Part shown: positions 1 through 9,856 of the stretch, in pieces
Layout of the letters: each line of letters begins with the position of its first letter
Position numbering within the stretch: position 1 is the first letter of the stretch
Assembly: GCF_006345805.1 (NCBI RefSeq)
Contig: NW_021833327.1
Coordinates: 1-27,637 of the forward strand
Direction: 5' to 3'
DNA length: 27,637 nt
Source of the DNA: Octopus sinensis
Taxonomy: Eukaryota
Program-made: the position numbers and the translations under genes
Notes under the pieces: model-generated
Database searches by the model: none
The model's input: only the letters and a program-made list of their open reading frames with translations
Told to the model about the DNA's origin: nothing

Positions 1-174
1 ACAGCAATACCAAGAAGACAATAACAAAATGTAAGAATATCAACATGAAACGTTTATAGAAAAATAAGTATTTTTGAAAAGCAGCCATGCTGATATACAT
101 CCATAGAGTTAAGCACATTCACATAGACATATACACGCATAAACAGATTGCACAAACACAGGTACACACACGCA

Positions 175-175
<1 letters not shown>

Positions 176-234
<59 letters not shown>
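176..234. repeat. (CA)n microsatellite
   Basis: Uninterrupted CA dinucleotide run. Confidence 0.97.
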
Positions 235-235
<1 letters not shown>

Positions 236-249
236 GGAAGAAAAAAAAT

Positions 250-462
250 AACAATATGGCGGTAAAGGTGTATTGGTTTTTGTCGAAACAGCTAGGTAAG
301 ATTACGTAGGAGTTTCAATGGGCTTAATTTGTGTCGCACTTCAGACATGGCGTCTTTCGGAAAGACCTATCGTGTTACAACTATTAACGATATATTTGCC
401 ATCTTGCTTTCTACGGCTTCCCTATTCTCGTCTCTATTAGTGCTACAGGAGGGTTGGTAGGT
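250..462 (+). promoter_or_regulatory. Promoter-like / candidate first-exon segment with clustered YY1-type motifs and splice donors
   Basis: ATGGC(G) YY1-like cores at ~253-262 (aatatggcgg), ~344-352 (agacatggcg) and on the minus strand at ~399-407 (caagatggc). Locally CpG-retaining. Donor-like G|GTAAGA at 295/296 and TG|GTAGGT at 456/457. Confidence 0.4.
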
Positions 463-764
463 CGGTCGGTTGGTGCGTTGTTGCTTTGTTCGTTGTGTTT
501 GTTGTCGTCATTGGTGTATGGTTGTTGTTGTTGTTTCGAGCTGGTGAATATAATAATAGTAATTGTTATTGCTGTTGTTGATAGTAGTGGTGGTGGTAGT
601 AGTGGTACTAATGGCGTGGTCGTTACAGGCGTGTAGTTGACTTCTTTTTTGTTGGTTTTGAAGGAAATTTTAATGGAATTATAGTATTTAGAGAACCTCT
701 TAGTGTATTATGTACACGTGGGCATGTATGTGTTTGTGTGTCTGTACATGTATGTATATGTGTG

Positions 765-969
765 TGAGAGAAAAGGAATGGAGAGAAAGAGAAAGAAAGA
801 GAGATAAAGAGATAGAAGGAAAAGAAGAAAGTGTGAGAGGGAGGGAGAGATAAAGAGAGAAGATGGGGAGAGAGTGAGAGAGGGAGGGATACATAAAGAG
901 AGAGAGAAGGAGAGAGAGACAGAGATAGATAGATAGATAGATAGATAGAGATAGAGAGAGAGAGAGAAG
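765..969. repeat. Purine-rich (GA)n/(GATA)n compound microsatellite
   Basis: Visible GA, GGA and GATA repeats. Confidence 0.9.
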
Positions 970-1503
970 GGAATTGTCTTTAAGACTCAAAAATGGATGG
1001 AGAAATAGAGGCGATTCAAACGTTCTTTAAATGTGCATAAATATTTATGCATGCGTGTATTAATGTATGTATATATGTATATATGTGTAAAACTTTGTGC
1101 GCATATGTGTATGATCTTTGTAAGCATGTATGTGAGCATGATCGCATGTATGAATGTATATGTGCACTCAATACCACAAAGTGGAGCACTGCTTTAATTT
1201 GGCCAGCTGAAAGTAACATTAACAACTATTTGCATTTTCCATGCACGAAAAATGTTTCAACTTAACAAACTGCACGACTTTTGGTCAACGAAATTGCAAA
1301 TGCAAAATTATAACTATCCATGCATGCATGCATGCATCCATCCGTCCATACACACACGGAACATACACACATCCTTAAAAGTTCTAGAGTTGGAGCTAAT
1401 ATATATATATATAATATATATATATATAATATATATGTATGTATGTATGTGGCGTATTGTGTTGTGTGGTGTGGTGTGGTGTATGTGTGTGTATGTGTGT
1501 GAA

Positions 1504-1855
1504 GGCGCATGGCTCAGTGGTTACAGCGTCGAGCTTACGATCGAGAGATTGTGAGTTCGATTCCCGGATCTGTTGTGTTCTTGAGTATGACACTTTATTT
1601 CACATTACTTCAGTTCACTCAGCTGTAGAAATGAGTTGTGCCGTCACTGGTGCCAAGCTGTATCGGTCTTCGCTTTTCTCTTGGGTAATATCGGTGGCAT
1701 GGAGAGGGGAAGCTGGTATGCATGGGCGACTGCTGATCTTCCCAAAAAACAACCCTAGGTTGTGGGTTCGCCGGTGAGGCGACTTCCGACCACACTTGTA
1801 CCTCGGAGGGGGACCTCTTAGGTACACCCATGGTCATTCGTGACCGACGAAGTCT
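1504..1855 (+). mobile_element. tRNA-derived SINE with CORE-like domain
   Basis: A-box tggctcagtgg (1510-1520) and B-box gttcgattcc (1555-1564). Block 1580-1636 (cttgagtatgacactt...cagttcactcagctgtagaaatgag) aligns by eye to the CORE consensus cttgggcaagtcactt...cagtttcctcatctgtaaaatggg. Followed by (TA)n. Confidence 0.85.
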
Positions 1856-1989
1856 AGTTATATATATATATATATATAATATATATTATTAATATATATA
1901 TAGTAAATCACCCCGCCACAAAAAAAAAATTAAGAACAAACACAAAACAACAACGAGTGGACGTGGCACATGTAAAATATGAGCAGACG

Positions 1990-2090
1990 CCAGGGAAGGA
2001 AAGAAAGATGGTTTAACGTTTCGGGCAAAGCGCTTCTTCAGAAACAGAGGGAAGTCCAATAGAAAAGGAAGACGGAGGGAAAAAAATCAT
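1990..2090 (-). mobile_element. Penelope-like element remnant with minimal type I hammerhead motif
   Basis: Minus strand 2045->2011 reads GTTT-CTGAAGA-A-GCGCTTTGCCC-GAAACGT-T-AAAC, with a purine-rich flank on the plus strand. Confidence 0.6.
2011..2045 (-). ncRNA. Minimal type I hammerhead ribozyme motif (possibly inactive)
   Basis: CUGANGA and GAAA cores. Stem I GUUU/AAAC. Palindromic ACGU stem III followed by U17. Stem II GCGC/GCCC carries one C-C mismatch. Confidence 0.55.
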
Positions 2091-2511
2091 GTGTGTGTAT
2101 AAACAAAAGAATACACAAGGTGATTAAGTGTTCAACTGACAATAAATCGTAACCCAACATTACGTTATAACAATGCAGTACTTTCACAAATATAGCAATA
2201 ATGGCGTTTAATACCATTGAAACAACTGTTGAGCAAAATCAAATTACGAACTAAATGGGAAATCCATGCCTTTCTGCTATATAGCTTCCCCACTCTCTAT
2301 ATATCCCACATAGACAAAGACTATGTGAGCCATGGGTTGATATTATCCAGGATTCGACTTCTCTAAAGTTTTCGTGTATATTCTGCAAAAATGTTTTAAC
2401 AAGATCAGAATTTAACAGAAATAAAAACCTTTTGGTTTCTGAAGTGGGTCAGACATAAAGCGCGAAGCGAATGATTTATCAGTTGAGATGTTATTAAGAA
2501 AAAGTATGTGC

Positions 2512-2556
2512 GTATGTATGTATGTATGTATGTATGTATGTATGTATGTATGTATG

Positions 2557-2585
<29 letters not shown>
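2512..2585. repeat. (TATG)n microsatellite
   Basis: Perfect tetranucleotide run. Confidence 0.97.
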
Positions 2586-2587
<2 letters not shown>

Positions 2588-2683
2588 GTGTATGATTTAT
2601 ATGATACATGTAAAGCATATATGCATATATTTGTGCATGTAAGTATATGAATGAATGCATATGCATACAGAAAGATCGACTGG

Positions 2684-2684
<1 letters not shown>

Positions 2685-2737
<53 letters not shown>

Positions 2738-2935
2738 TATATGTATATATGTATATATAATACATATATATTATATGTATGTACGTATGTACACTATATA
2801 TATATATATATATAAACATGTTATGTGTGTTTATGTATGTATGCATACATATTTATATACAAAAGTGCATGCATACATATGTATGAAGAAAGGAGATACA
2901 CACATGTTCATATATATATATATATATAATATATA

Positions 2936-3023
<88 letters not shown>

Positions 3024-3330
3024 ATACCTATGTATAAATGTGTATATGTATGCATGTGCGTATGTATATATATATATATACATATACATACATATATATT
3101 ATATCTGTATCTCTCTATATCTCTTTCTATATTTATATATATGTAGGTGTACATGTGTGTACGTGTTGGTCATTATATGTATGTAGGTATATATAGTTGT
3201 ATGACACACACACACATAAACACACACATGCAGATAGAAAGCGAGAGAGAGAGCAGCAAAGTGTGGTGTGTGTGTGTGTGTGTGTGTGCGTGTATTGTGT
3301 CTGTATGTATGTGTGTGTATAAGTATGCGC
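2685..3330. repeat. Compound (TA)n/(TG)n low-complexity tract
   Basis: Dominated by TA, TATG and TG repeats. Confidence 0.9.
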
Positions 3331-3700
3331 GGAAATGAGGAATACAATACGAGGTGGGTGTTGATGTATTACTAAAGAACAATCTGTTCTGCCAAAACTT
3401 TGGTCAGAGGTTGGCATCGAAGACTTCCAGAGCTTCTCTACAGAATTACCTGTCGAAATAATGGCCTAGCCCTGTCATTGAAGTTCTGATCTGTAATGAT
3501 GTAGAACACGGAGTGATGAATGGCAGATTATGTATTATGTATTATTATTATTATTAGTAGTAGTAGGAGGAGTAGGAGTAGTAGTATCCGAGTTTTCAAT
3601 GTAAATCCTCACACTTAGGCTTGTCTTTGTTATTGTCCACATCATCCGTCTCCCAAGTGGCAAATAAATCTTCATCGTCGTCGTCGGCCTCCCCCCCCCC

Positions 3701-4002
3701 TCCTCTTCTTCTTCTTCTTCCTCCTCCTCCACCTCATCATCATCATCATCATCATCATCATCACCATCATCATCACCACCATCATCATCATCATCACCGT
3801 CATCATCATCGTCACCATCATCATCACCATCATCACCATCATCACCATCATCATCATCATCACCATCATCCTCATCAGCATGATCATGATCATCATCATC
3901 ATCATCATCACCACCACCATCATCATCACAGCCATCACGTTCCATGATGATGATCATAACGAGGATGATGATGATGGGCTTCATCCGCATCATCAACCTC
4001 AT

Positions 4003-4037
<35 letters not shown>

Positions 4038-4038
4038 A
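3701..4038. repeat. Compound trinucleotide tract (CTT/CCT, CAT/CAC, TAC)
   Basis: Source of the poly-His, poly-Met and poly-Asp ORFs in the track. Confidence 0.93.
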
Positions 4039-4044
4039 CTTATA

Positions 4045-4223
4045 AATCAGCGCGTTGGACAAAATACTTAGCAGTATTTCTTTCGGTTTTATGCTCTGAG
4101 TTCAAATACTGTCGAGGTCGACTTTAACTTTCATCTGTAAGGGGTCCATTAAATAATGTACCACTCAAGGACAGGGGAGCAATGTAAATGATGTAAATAA
4201 CTACCCTCTCTTAGATTTTCAGG
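4045..4223 (+). mobile_element. Degenerate SINE, family A (ggcgagctggcagaatcgttagc... type)
   Basis: Shares ctgagttcaaat...gaggtcgacttt...tttcat...ggggtc with other copies in the window. Confidence 0.7.
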
Positions 4224-4386
4224 TTCTTCTTCTTCTTCTTCTTCTTCTTCTTCTTCTTCGCAGCAGCAGCAGCAGCAGCAGCAGCACGCACTAGTTTATA
4301 CAGTGGTACAGTACACAGCAGCAACAGCAGCATAAGTAGTAGTAGTATAGTAGTTAGTAGTAGTAGTAGTATCAATTATTAAGTGT

Positions 4387-4546
4387 AGTGAGCCGGCAGA
4401 ATCGTTAGCAATATCGGACGAAATCCCTTGCGTTTTTTTGTTCGTAATCTTTACGTTCTGAGCTGAATTCTCGCCAGGCTCAACCTTGCCTGTATCCTTT
4501 CTGGGTTTAAAAATTAACCTACAAATTAAGTACCGGTGTAGATGGT
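4387..4546 (+). mobile_element. SINE family A, partial
   Basis: gtgagccggcagaatcgttagca...ttacgttctgag...aagtacc. Confidence 0.75.
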
Positions 4547-4667
4547 ACATGTATCTGTGGAATTGTGAGTTATTTTCAAGTTAATCCACGAACAGTTAGT
4601 TCAGTCGCTCGAAAAGTCGCTTTCTTATCGCTGAAAGACAAAGATTAGCCATATGTACATATGCACA

Positions 4668-4668
<1 letters not shown>

Positions 4669-4746
<78 letters not shown>

Positions 4747-4771
4747 ATCTATCTATCTATCTATCTATCTA
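4669..4771. repeat. (TCTA)n microsatellite
   Basis: Near-perfect tetranucleotide run. Confidence 0.97.
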
Positions 4772-5188
4772 CATACGTACATATATATATGTATATATAT
4801 ATGTGTGTGTATATATATATGTATATATATATATGTGTATATATATTTTATTTATTTTATAGAAGGAACATCTACAGGACTAGAACTGTTTCATTCAAAT
4901 GAAATCATCAGGAAGCTTGCTGTCAAGATAAGTTTTGGCATTTATACATTTAGGCAGGTTTAATGGGGTGGTGGTGGGGGACATTTTTTGGGTAAGCAGG
5001 GCACAAACTGTCTTTCTTAGGGGAGTGGTGAAAAGAATCAGTGATAAAGTAAATAAATGAATAAATAGAATAATTGAATGGAGTTTTAGGTAAATAAGAA
5101 GACTATCGCTTATACACATACATACACACACATACATACACATACATACACACACATACACATACACACATACACATACATACACACA

Positions 5189-5392
5189 CACATTTTGGCA
5201 CAAGGCTAGCAATTTCAGGGAAGGGGCTAAGTCGATTAAATCGACCCCAGTATTCAACTGGTACTTATTGTATCCGCCCAGAAAGGATGAAAGGTAAAGT
5301 CGACTCCGACGGAATTTGAACTCAGACCGTTAAGACGGACAAAATACTGCTAAGCATTTAGCCGGCGTGCTAACAATTCTGCCAGCTCGCCG
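5189..5392 (-). mobile_element. SINE family A
   Basis: Reverse complement begins cggcgagctggcagaattgttagcacgccgg...ctgagttcaaattccgtcggagtcgacttt. Confidence 0.88.
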
Positions 5393-5417
5393 ATTTATTG
5401 GCTTGAAATATTGGTCT

Positions 5418-5623
5418 CACATTTTGGCAAAAGGCCAATAATTTCGGGGAGGAAGTAAGTCGATTACATCGACTCCAGGGCTCGACTGATACTTATTTTA
5501 TCGGCCCCGAAATGATGAAAGGTAAAGTCAACCTCGACGGAATCTGAACTCAGAACATGAAGACGGATGAAAAGCCGCTAAGCATTTTGCCCGGTGTGCT
5601 AACGATTCTGCCAGCTCGCCGCC
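5418..5623 (-). mobile_element. SINE family A, tandem second copy
   Basis: Reverse complement begins ggcggcgagctggcagaatcgttagcacaccgggcaaaatgcttagcggc. Confidence 0.88.
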
Positions 5624-6136
5624 TTATTGACTTGAACTATTAAAAGTCGTTTTATCGGTGGATACAATTGCAAAGGAGAGTAAGTATCCATGACTGTGTT
5701 CTCTATGCTCGTGGCATAGGAATGGAGGTGGGTGAGCACGTTAAATGCAAGGACATATCACAGTATTCGTCATTCTGACGTCAAGTTAGTGTCCACGTGC
5801 GTGGGTGTAGGTGAGTGCATGTGTGTGTGTGTGTATGTGATTGTGTGTGTGTGTAAGTGTGAATGTTTGCGTGTGTGTAAGGGGCAGGGTACGGAAAAGA
5901 GTAAAGCTGGTCGTAACACCAAACCAATTAAGAGATAAGGAATGTAGGCACGTTATCCGGAAATGTAGTTTTGTGGACGTGTTTGCGTGTGAGGTGGGTG
6001 AATGTGCGTTTGTTAACAAATCAACTTTCTCCTGAAATGCGTTTGCGTGTACTGAGCTAGTAAAAGAATACAGACTAAAAAGCCTATATATATATATGTA
6101 ATATATATATATATATATATAATATATTTATATATA

Positions 6137-6424
6137 TGAAGGTTGTCTACTCTTTATGCAGAGTTCAACTACATCCTGTACCTACGCTTTAGAACTATCA
6201 TGGCATCTGATGTGGCTTTTTAAACAATACAATGTTCTGAAAAGACACCCACATAGACTGCAATCCGTTTTGGCCACGAAGAGCTGCAGGTAGGTTCTGA
6301 TCTTTGTGGATAATCAAAATGTCTTTTGAGGCCTCCGTTAGATTTGCAAGCCGTCTGGCATACACTGCATTCAAAGGTGTGCACAGGCCTATAGGCAGAA
6401 TAGTTGGTGGAGGTTCGTTTTCCA
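6137..6424 (-). mobile_element. Decayed LINE (RTE-like) 3' end encoding C2H2 fingers
   Basis: With frameshift correction the minus strand reads FECSVCQTACKSNGGLKRH/LIIH...KSHIRCHDSSKA*, then a short 3'UTR ending gagtagacaacc before (TA)n. Finger style matches the RTE copy at 20.9-21.2 kb. Confidence 0.7.
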
Positions 6425-6426
6425 TG

Positions 6427-6461
<35 letters not shown>

Positions 6462-6591
6462 ATATTTATATATATATATATATATATCTGTGTGTGTGTA
6501 TATATAATATGTAGTTTGTATGTATATATATATGTGTATGTGTCACATATAAATATATATATATACATACATACATACATATATATATAAA

Positions 6592-6690
6592 TTCAAAATC
6601 TTCCCATTCTACAAATGTTCAAGGAACGACCCAAACTTCTGAAAAACAATGGCGCTACACTTCATAAAGAAGTTCGCACCAAATTTAAAC
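6592..6690 (+). mobile_element. Penelope-like GIY-YIG endonuclease C-terminal remnant
   Basis: Frame reads [32 protein letters not shown], resembling the 'E..FI.k..P.LN' end of PLE endonucleases. The in-frame TGA is plausibly a decayed CGA. Confidence 0.55.
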
Positions 6691-7295
6691 GCTGAAAAAA
6701 AGAATGGAAACATTTGGAAATATGTGAAGGAAAATTCGTTCCGAAAGATGACTTTACTTCACAAAAAAGTCCTCAACAAAAATTAATATATATAATTTTT
6801 TTTTTATTGAAATTCCATCTATGAGAATACTTTATGAATTTGATTGTATATATGTTAAAGATGATCTCAAACCATATGCTTTTTACCATATTGTTGTTGG
6901 ACCTTGCAAAACATTCCAGATTCTGAAATTCTATAAGAACAGCTGCTTTCCTACTTCTGTACCTGGCTCTCTTTCTCCTTTAGAACATTCTAGTTTGGAG
7001 TTTTAAAATATATTCAAAACAAAACATCCAACCAGAAATCCTAGAAATCCTAGAAATCTTCTCAATATTTATGACCACATCCAGCTATATGCTGTCAACT
7101 TACTCCTGCCTTCCTTTCTAAACAAGCACAGTTCTCTAGTCTTAGATTTGGTAGTTGATAAAATGTCTAATAAATTTTAAATGAACTACAATCCTTTACA
7201 AGCTATGACCCCAACAAACTTCATACATTACTTAGAAAGTGTAGTATATTCTTAGCTACATTAGCTAAAATATGAAACGAACTAATGAAAAACTA

Positions 7296-7655
7296 AAAAC
7301 GAACCAATGGTTTACGCAAAGCTATTCATCGTTTGAACAACACCGGTTGATACACTGTTTCAGGTCTAATAGTTCCTGAGAAAAAAGATTATTTGTAAGG
7401 GAGGTAAGTAGTTCTGGATTTAGAGATGTGAGTGGTGTAGTAAGTGTATAGGGTTTCAATACAGAACACCACTGACTCTTCAATTGGAACCACTAAACCC
7501 TATACACTTACTACATCACTCACATCTCTAAATCCAGAACTACTTACCTCCCATACAAATAATCTTTTTTCTCAGGAACTATTAGACCTGAAACAGTGTA
7601 TCAACCGGTGTTGTTCAAACGATGAATAGTTTTGCGTAAAGCATTGGTTCGTTTT
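7296..7655. repeat. Long inverted repeat (161-bp arms, 38-nt spacer)
   Basis: 7296-7456 is the reverse complement of 7495-7655, with 4 mismatches counted by hand. Confidence 0.97.
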
Positions 7656-7909
7656 GTTCTCTTACTTTATTATCATCTTATAATCATCTTATAATAATGA
7701 CTTTTATGACTCGTATTACTACCTCAGTCAATCTAAATGTATATATTTGTCGTTACCTGTCATAAATAGCCTTTTTCTATTTGCAATATGCATTTTCGTT
7801 GATTTTTCATATTTTACCCTTACATTTCCACGTGTATTTCATATTTTCTTTTCGTAACATATTTCTACTATTATAATATATATATATATATATATATAAT
7901 ATATTAAAT

Positions 7910-7973
7910 ATAAGGCGGTGCTCCAGCATGACCGCTGTCAAATGACTAAAACAAACAAAAGAATAAATGAATA
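7910..7973 (+). mobile_element. SINE family B 3' fragment
   Basis: aaggcggtgctccagcatgaccgctgtcaaatgact...aaaagaata matches the end of the copy at 10709-11126. Confidence 0.8.
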
Positions 7974-8443
7974 TATATATAAATTCACACATGAACACAT
8001 ATAATAAACATATGTAATTCATACATAAGCATATATGTATGTATGTATGTATGTATCTATCTATCTTTCTATGTAGCTAGCTTGCTTGTTAGCTCGCAAT
8101 ATACATACATACGTACACATACATACATACATACATACATACATACATACATACATACACTTGGATATACACACACGTTTACCCGCACATACATGCACTC
8201 ATACATACATTCATACATAGCGATATATATACACATATATAAAACGCTACAGTTCTAAATATGAATTGAGTGAGTGAGAAAGAGAGAGAGAGTGAGAGAG
8301 AGAGAGAGAGGAGAGAAAGATAGATAGAGAAAAGTAGTAGACATTTTCGTGTGTATATGTGCGCCTGCGTCTGAAGGGTGGGTGGGTGCTGTTTCTCTCC
8401 TATCTGCCAACCAATCAACAAAGTCGTAGGGTTTGAAGAGGTA

Positions 8444-8477
<34 letters not shown>

Positions 8478-9246
8478 TGTATGTGTGTGCGCGCGCGTGC
8501 ATGAGTGTGTGTGTGTGTGCGCGCGTGCATGAATGTGTGTGTGTGCGCATGACATAGTGGTAAGGTTATGTGTGTATGCGATTGTGTCGGTGTATGCGTG
8601 GACGATAGGGGTCAAGCGATAAATTCGTGGGTGTGTGGAAGGGAGAATCAATCCGATAGGAGAGAGGAGGGAGAAAAAGCTGCAAATGCAATTAACGCTG
8701 TCGACTAATTAACACAATTTGCTAAGTCATGTGATACAACATCATCGCCTATCTTGGAAACAAAACAAAACAAACCAACAAAAGAGAGATAATGATAGCC
8801 AAGAGGTAGGAGGTAAAGGTAGTTAATGGTAGGAGGTAGCATATTTTTTTCTTTATTTTCCTGTTTTATTGTCGTTGTTGATGTTGGTGTTGTTTACTCC
8901 GTTTCATAAATGATAAAGGAAACTCTGACACCCAGCGATACTTAACGACACCCAGCAACGCATTGTGACACCTATAGCCATGTATTATTTAAGCTTGAAG
9001 TATAAATATATAAGCTTATGTAGTATATTCATATTTATATAAATATATAAGTATATTTATATTACTTTGGTTATTTAAGATTTTGAGCTTTCGTGACGTG
9101 TTTGGTGTAAGTAGAAATATAAAGCTAGCTGTTAATAGGTACCATGAGAAGGTAGAGTCTAGACGAGTCAAAGGCCACTTGTGTCCCTTGTTACTTTCTG
9201 AATGGCGCGCCAAATGAAAGATTATGTTCAATATTTGTAGTAGCGC

Positions 9247-9461
9247 AGACGGGGAGCTTGCAGAATCGTTAGCATGCTGGGCAAAATACTCAGCGGCACT
9301 CCGTCCGTCTTTGCGTTCTGGGTTCAAATTCCGCCGAAGTCGACTTTATCTTTGATCCTTTCGGGGTCGATGAAATAAGTACCAGTTACGCACATGGGTA
9401 GGTATAATCGACTGGTCCCCTCCCTCCAAATTTTAGGCCTTGTGCCAAAATTTGAAACCAA
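9247..9461 (+). mobile_element. SINE family A
   Basis: gagcttgcagaatcgttagca...gttcaaattccgccgaagtcgacttt...ggggtcgatgaaataagtaccag. Confidence 0.88.
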
Positions 9462-9696
9462 TGTTTTGTTGTAGTGCGGCCCGTCTCATGGTGTGACCCA
9501 CTTTTTGAAAAAAGCTGTCCATGCCTGATCTAGACTCTCTCCAAATGTTAGCAGATACCATAAGAGGGTACAAACTTCCTCCGGATATAAAACGAGTACT
9601 ATTCAGAGGTACAAACCTCCTCTAGATGTAAATAGTACTTGCAGAAATGGAGTCCTCCCAGATCCGTGAAGAGGCTACAGCTTTAGTTCATCGAAC

Positions 9697-9856
9697 AGGC
9701 TTCCACGTAGTTTCCATTCTGCTCAGTTTCACTTAAAAGATTTAGTAAGTCCGAGGTTACGAGAAGAAACACTTGCACAAGAATGCAAAGTAGTAGAGTC
9801 AAACCCGAGACCACCTGTTTTAGGAATAGAACTAGTTAACCACTTGGCCATGCTGT
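9697..9856 (-). mobile_element. Degenerate SINE family B head
   Basis: ggcttcc...gtttcc...acacttgcacaag...aacccgagacc...taaccac...gccatgc parallels 20330-20488. Confidence 0.6.

Noticed and set aside
347-385. MASFGKTYRVTT resembles the chorismate synthase N-terminus
   Set aside because: The invariant GESHG motif does not follow; chance similarity.
454-636. 60-aa hydrophobic ORF with a CCCC run
   Set aside because: Built from degenerate (GTT)n/(GTA)n repeats downstream of a likely splice donor.
1228-1310. Octamer-like ATTTGCAT / TGCAAATGCAA motifs (also ~8681-8700)
   Set aside because: Short AT-rich motifs expected by chance; no conservation data available.
1504-1570. tRNA-like sequences (also 14580-14653 and 17698-17765)
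   Set aside because: They are SINE heads: A/B boxes run straight into SINE bodies, with no complete cloverleaf or acceptor stem.
2412-3417. Numerous YI/HT/CV-repeat ORFs here and throughout the track
   Set aside because: Artefacts of (TA)n, (CA)n and (TATG)n, which lack stop codons in some frames.
3621-3947. Poly-His ORF (and the antisense poly-Met ORF 3672-3938)
   Set aside because: Pure translation of a (CAT/CAC)n microsatellite; no splice or start context.
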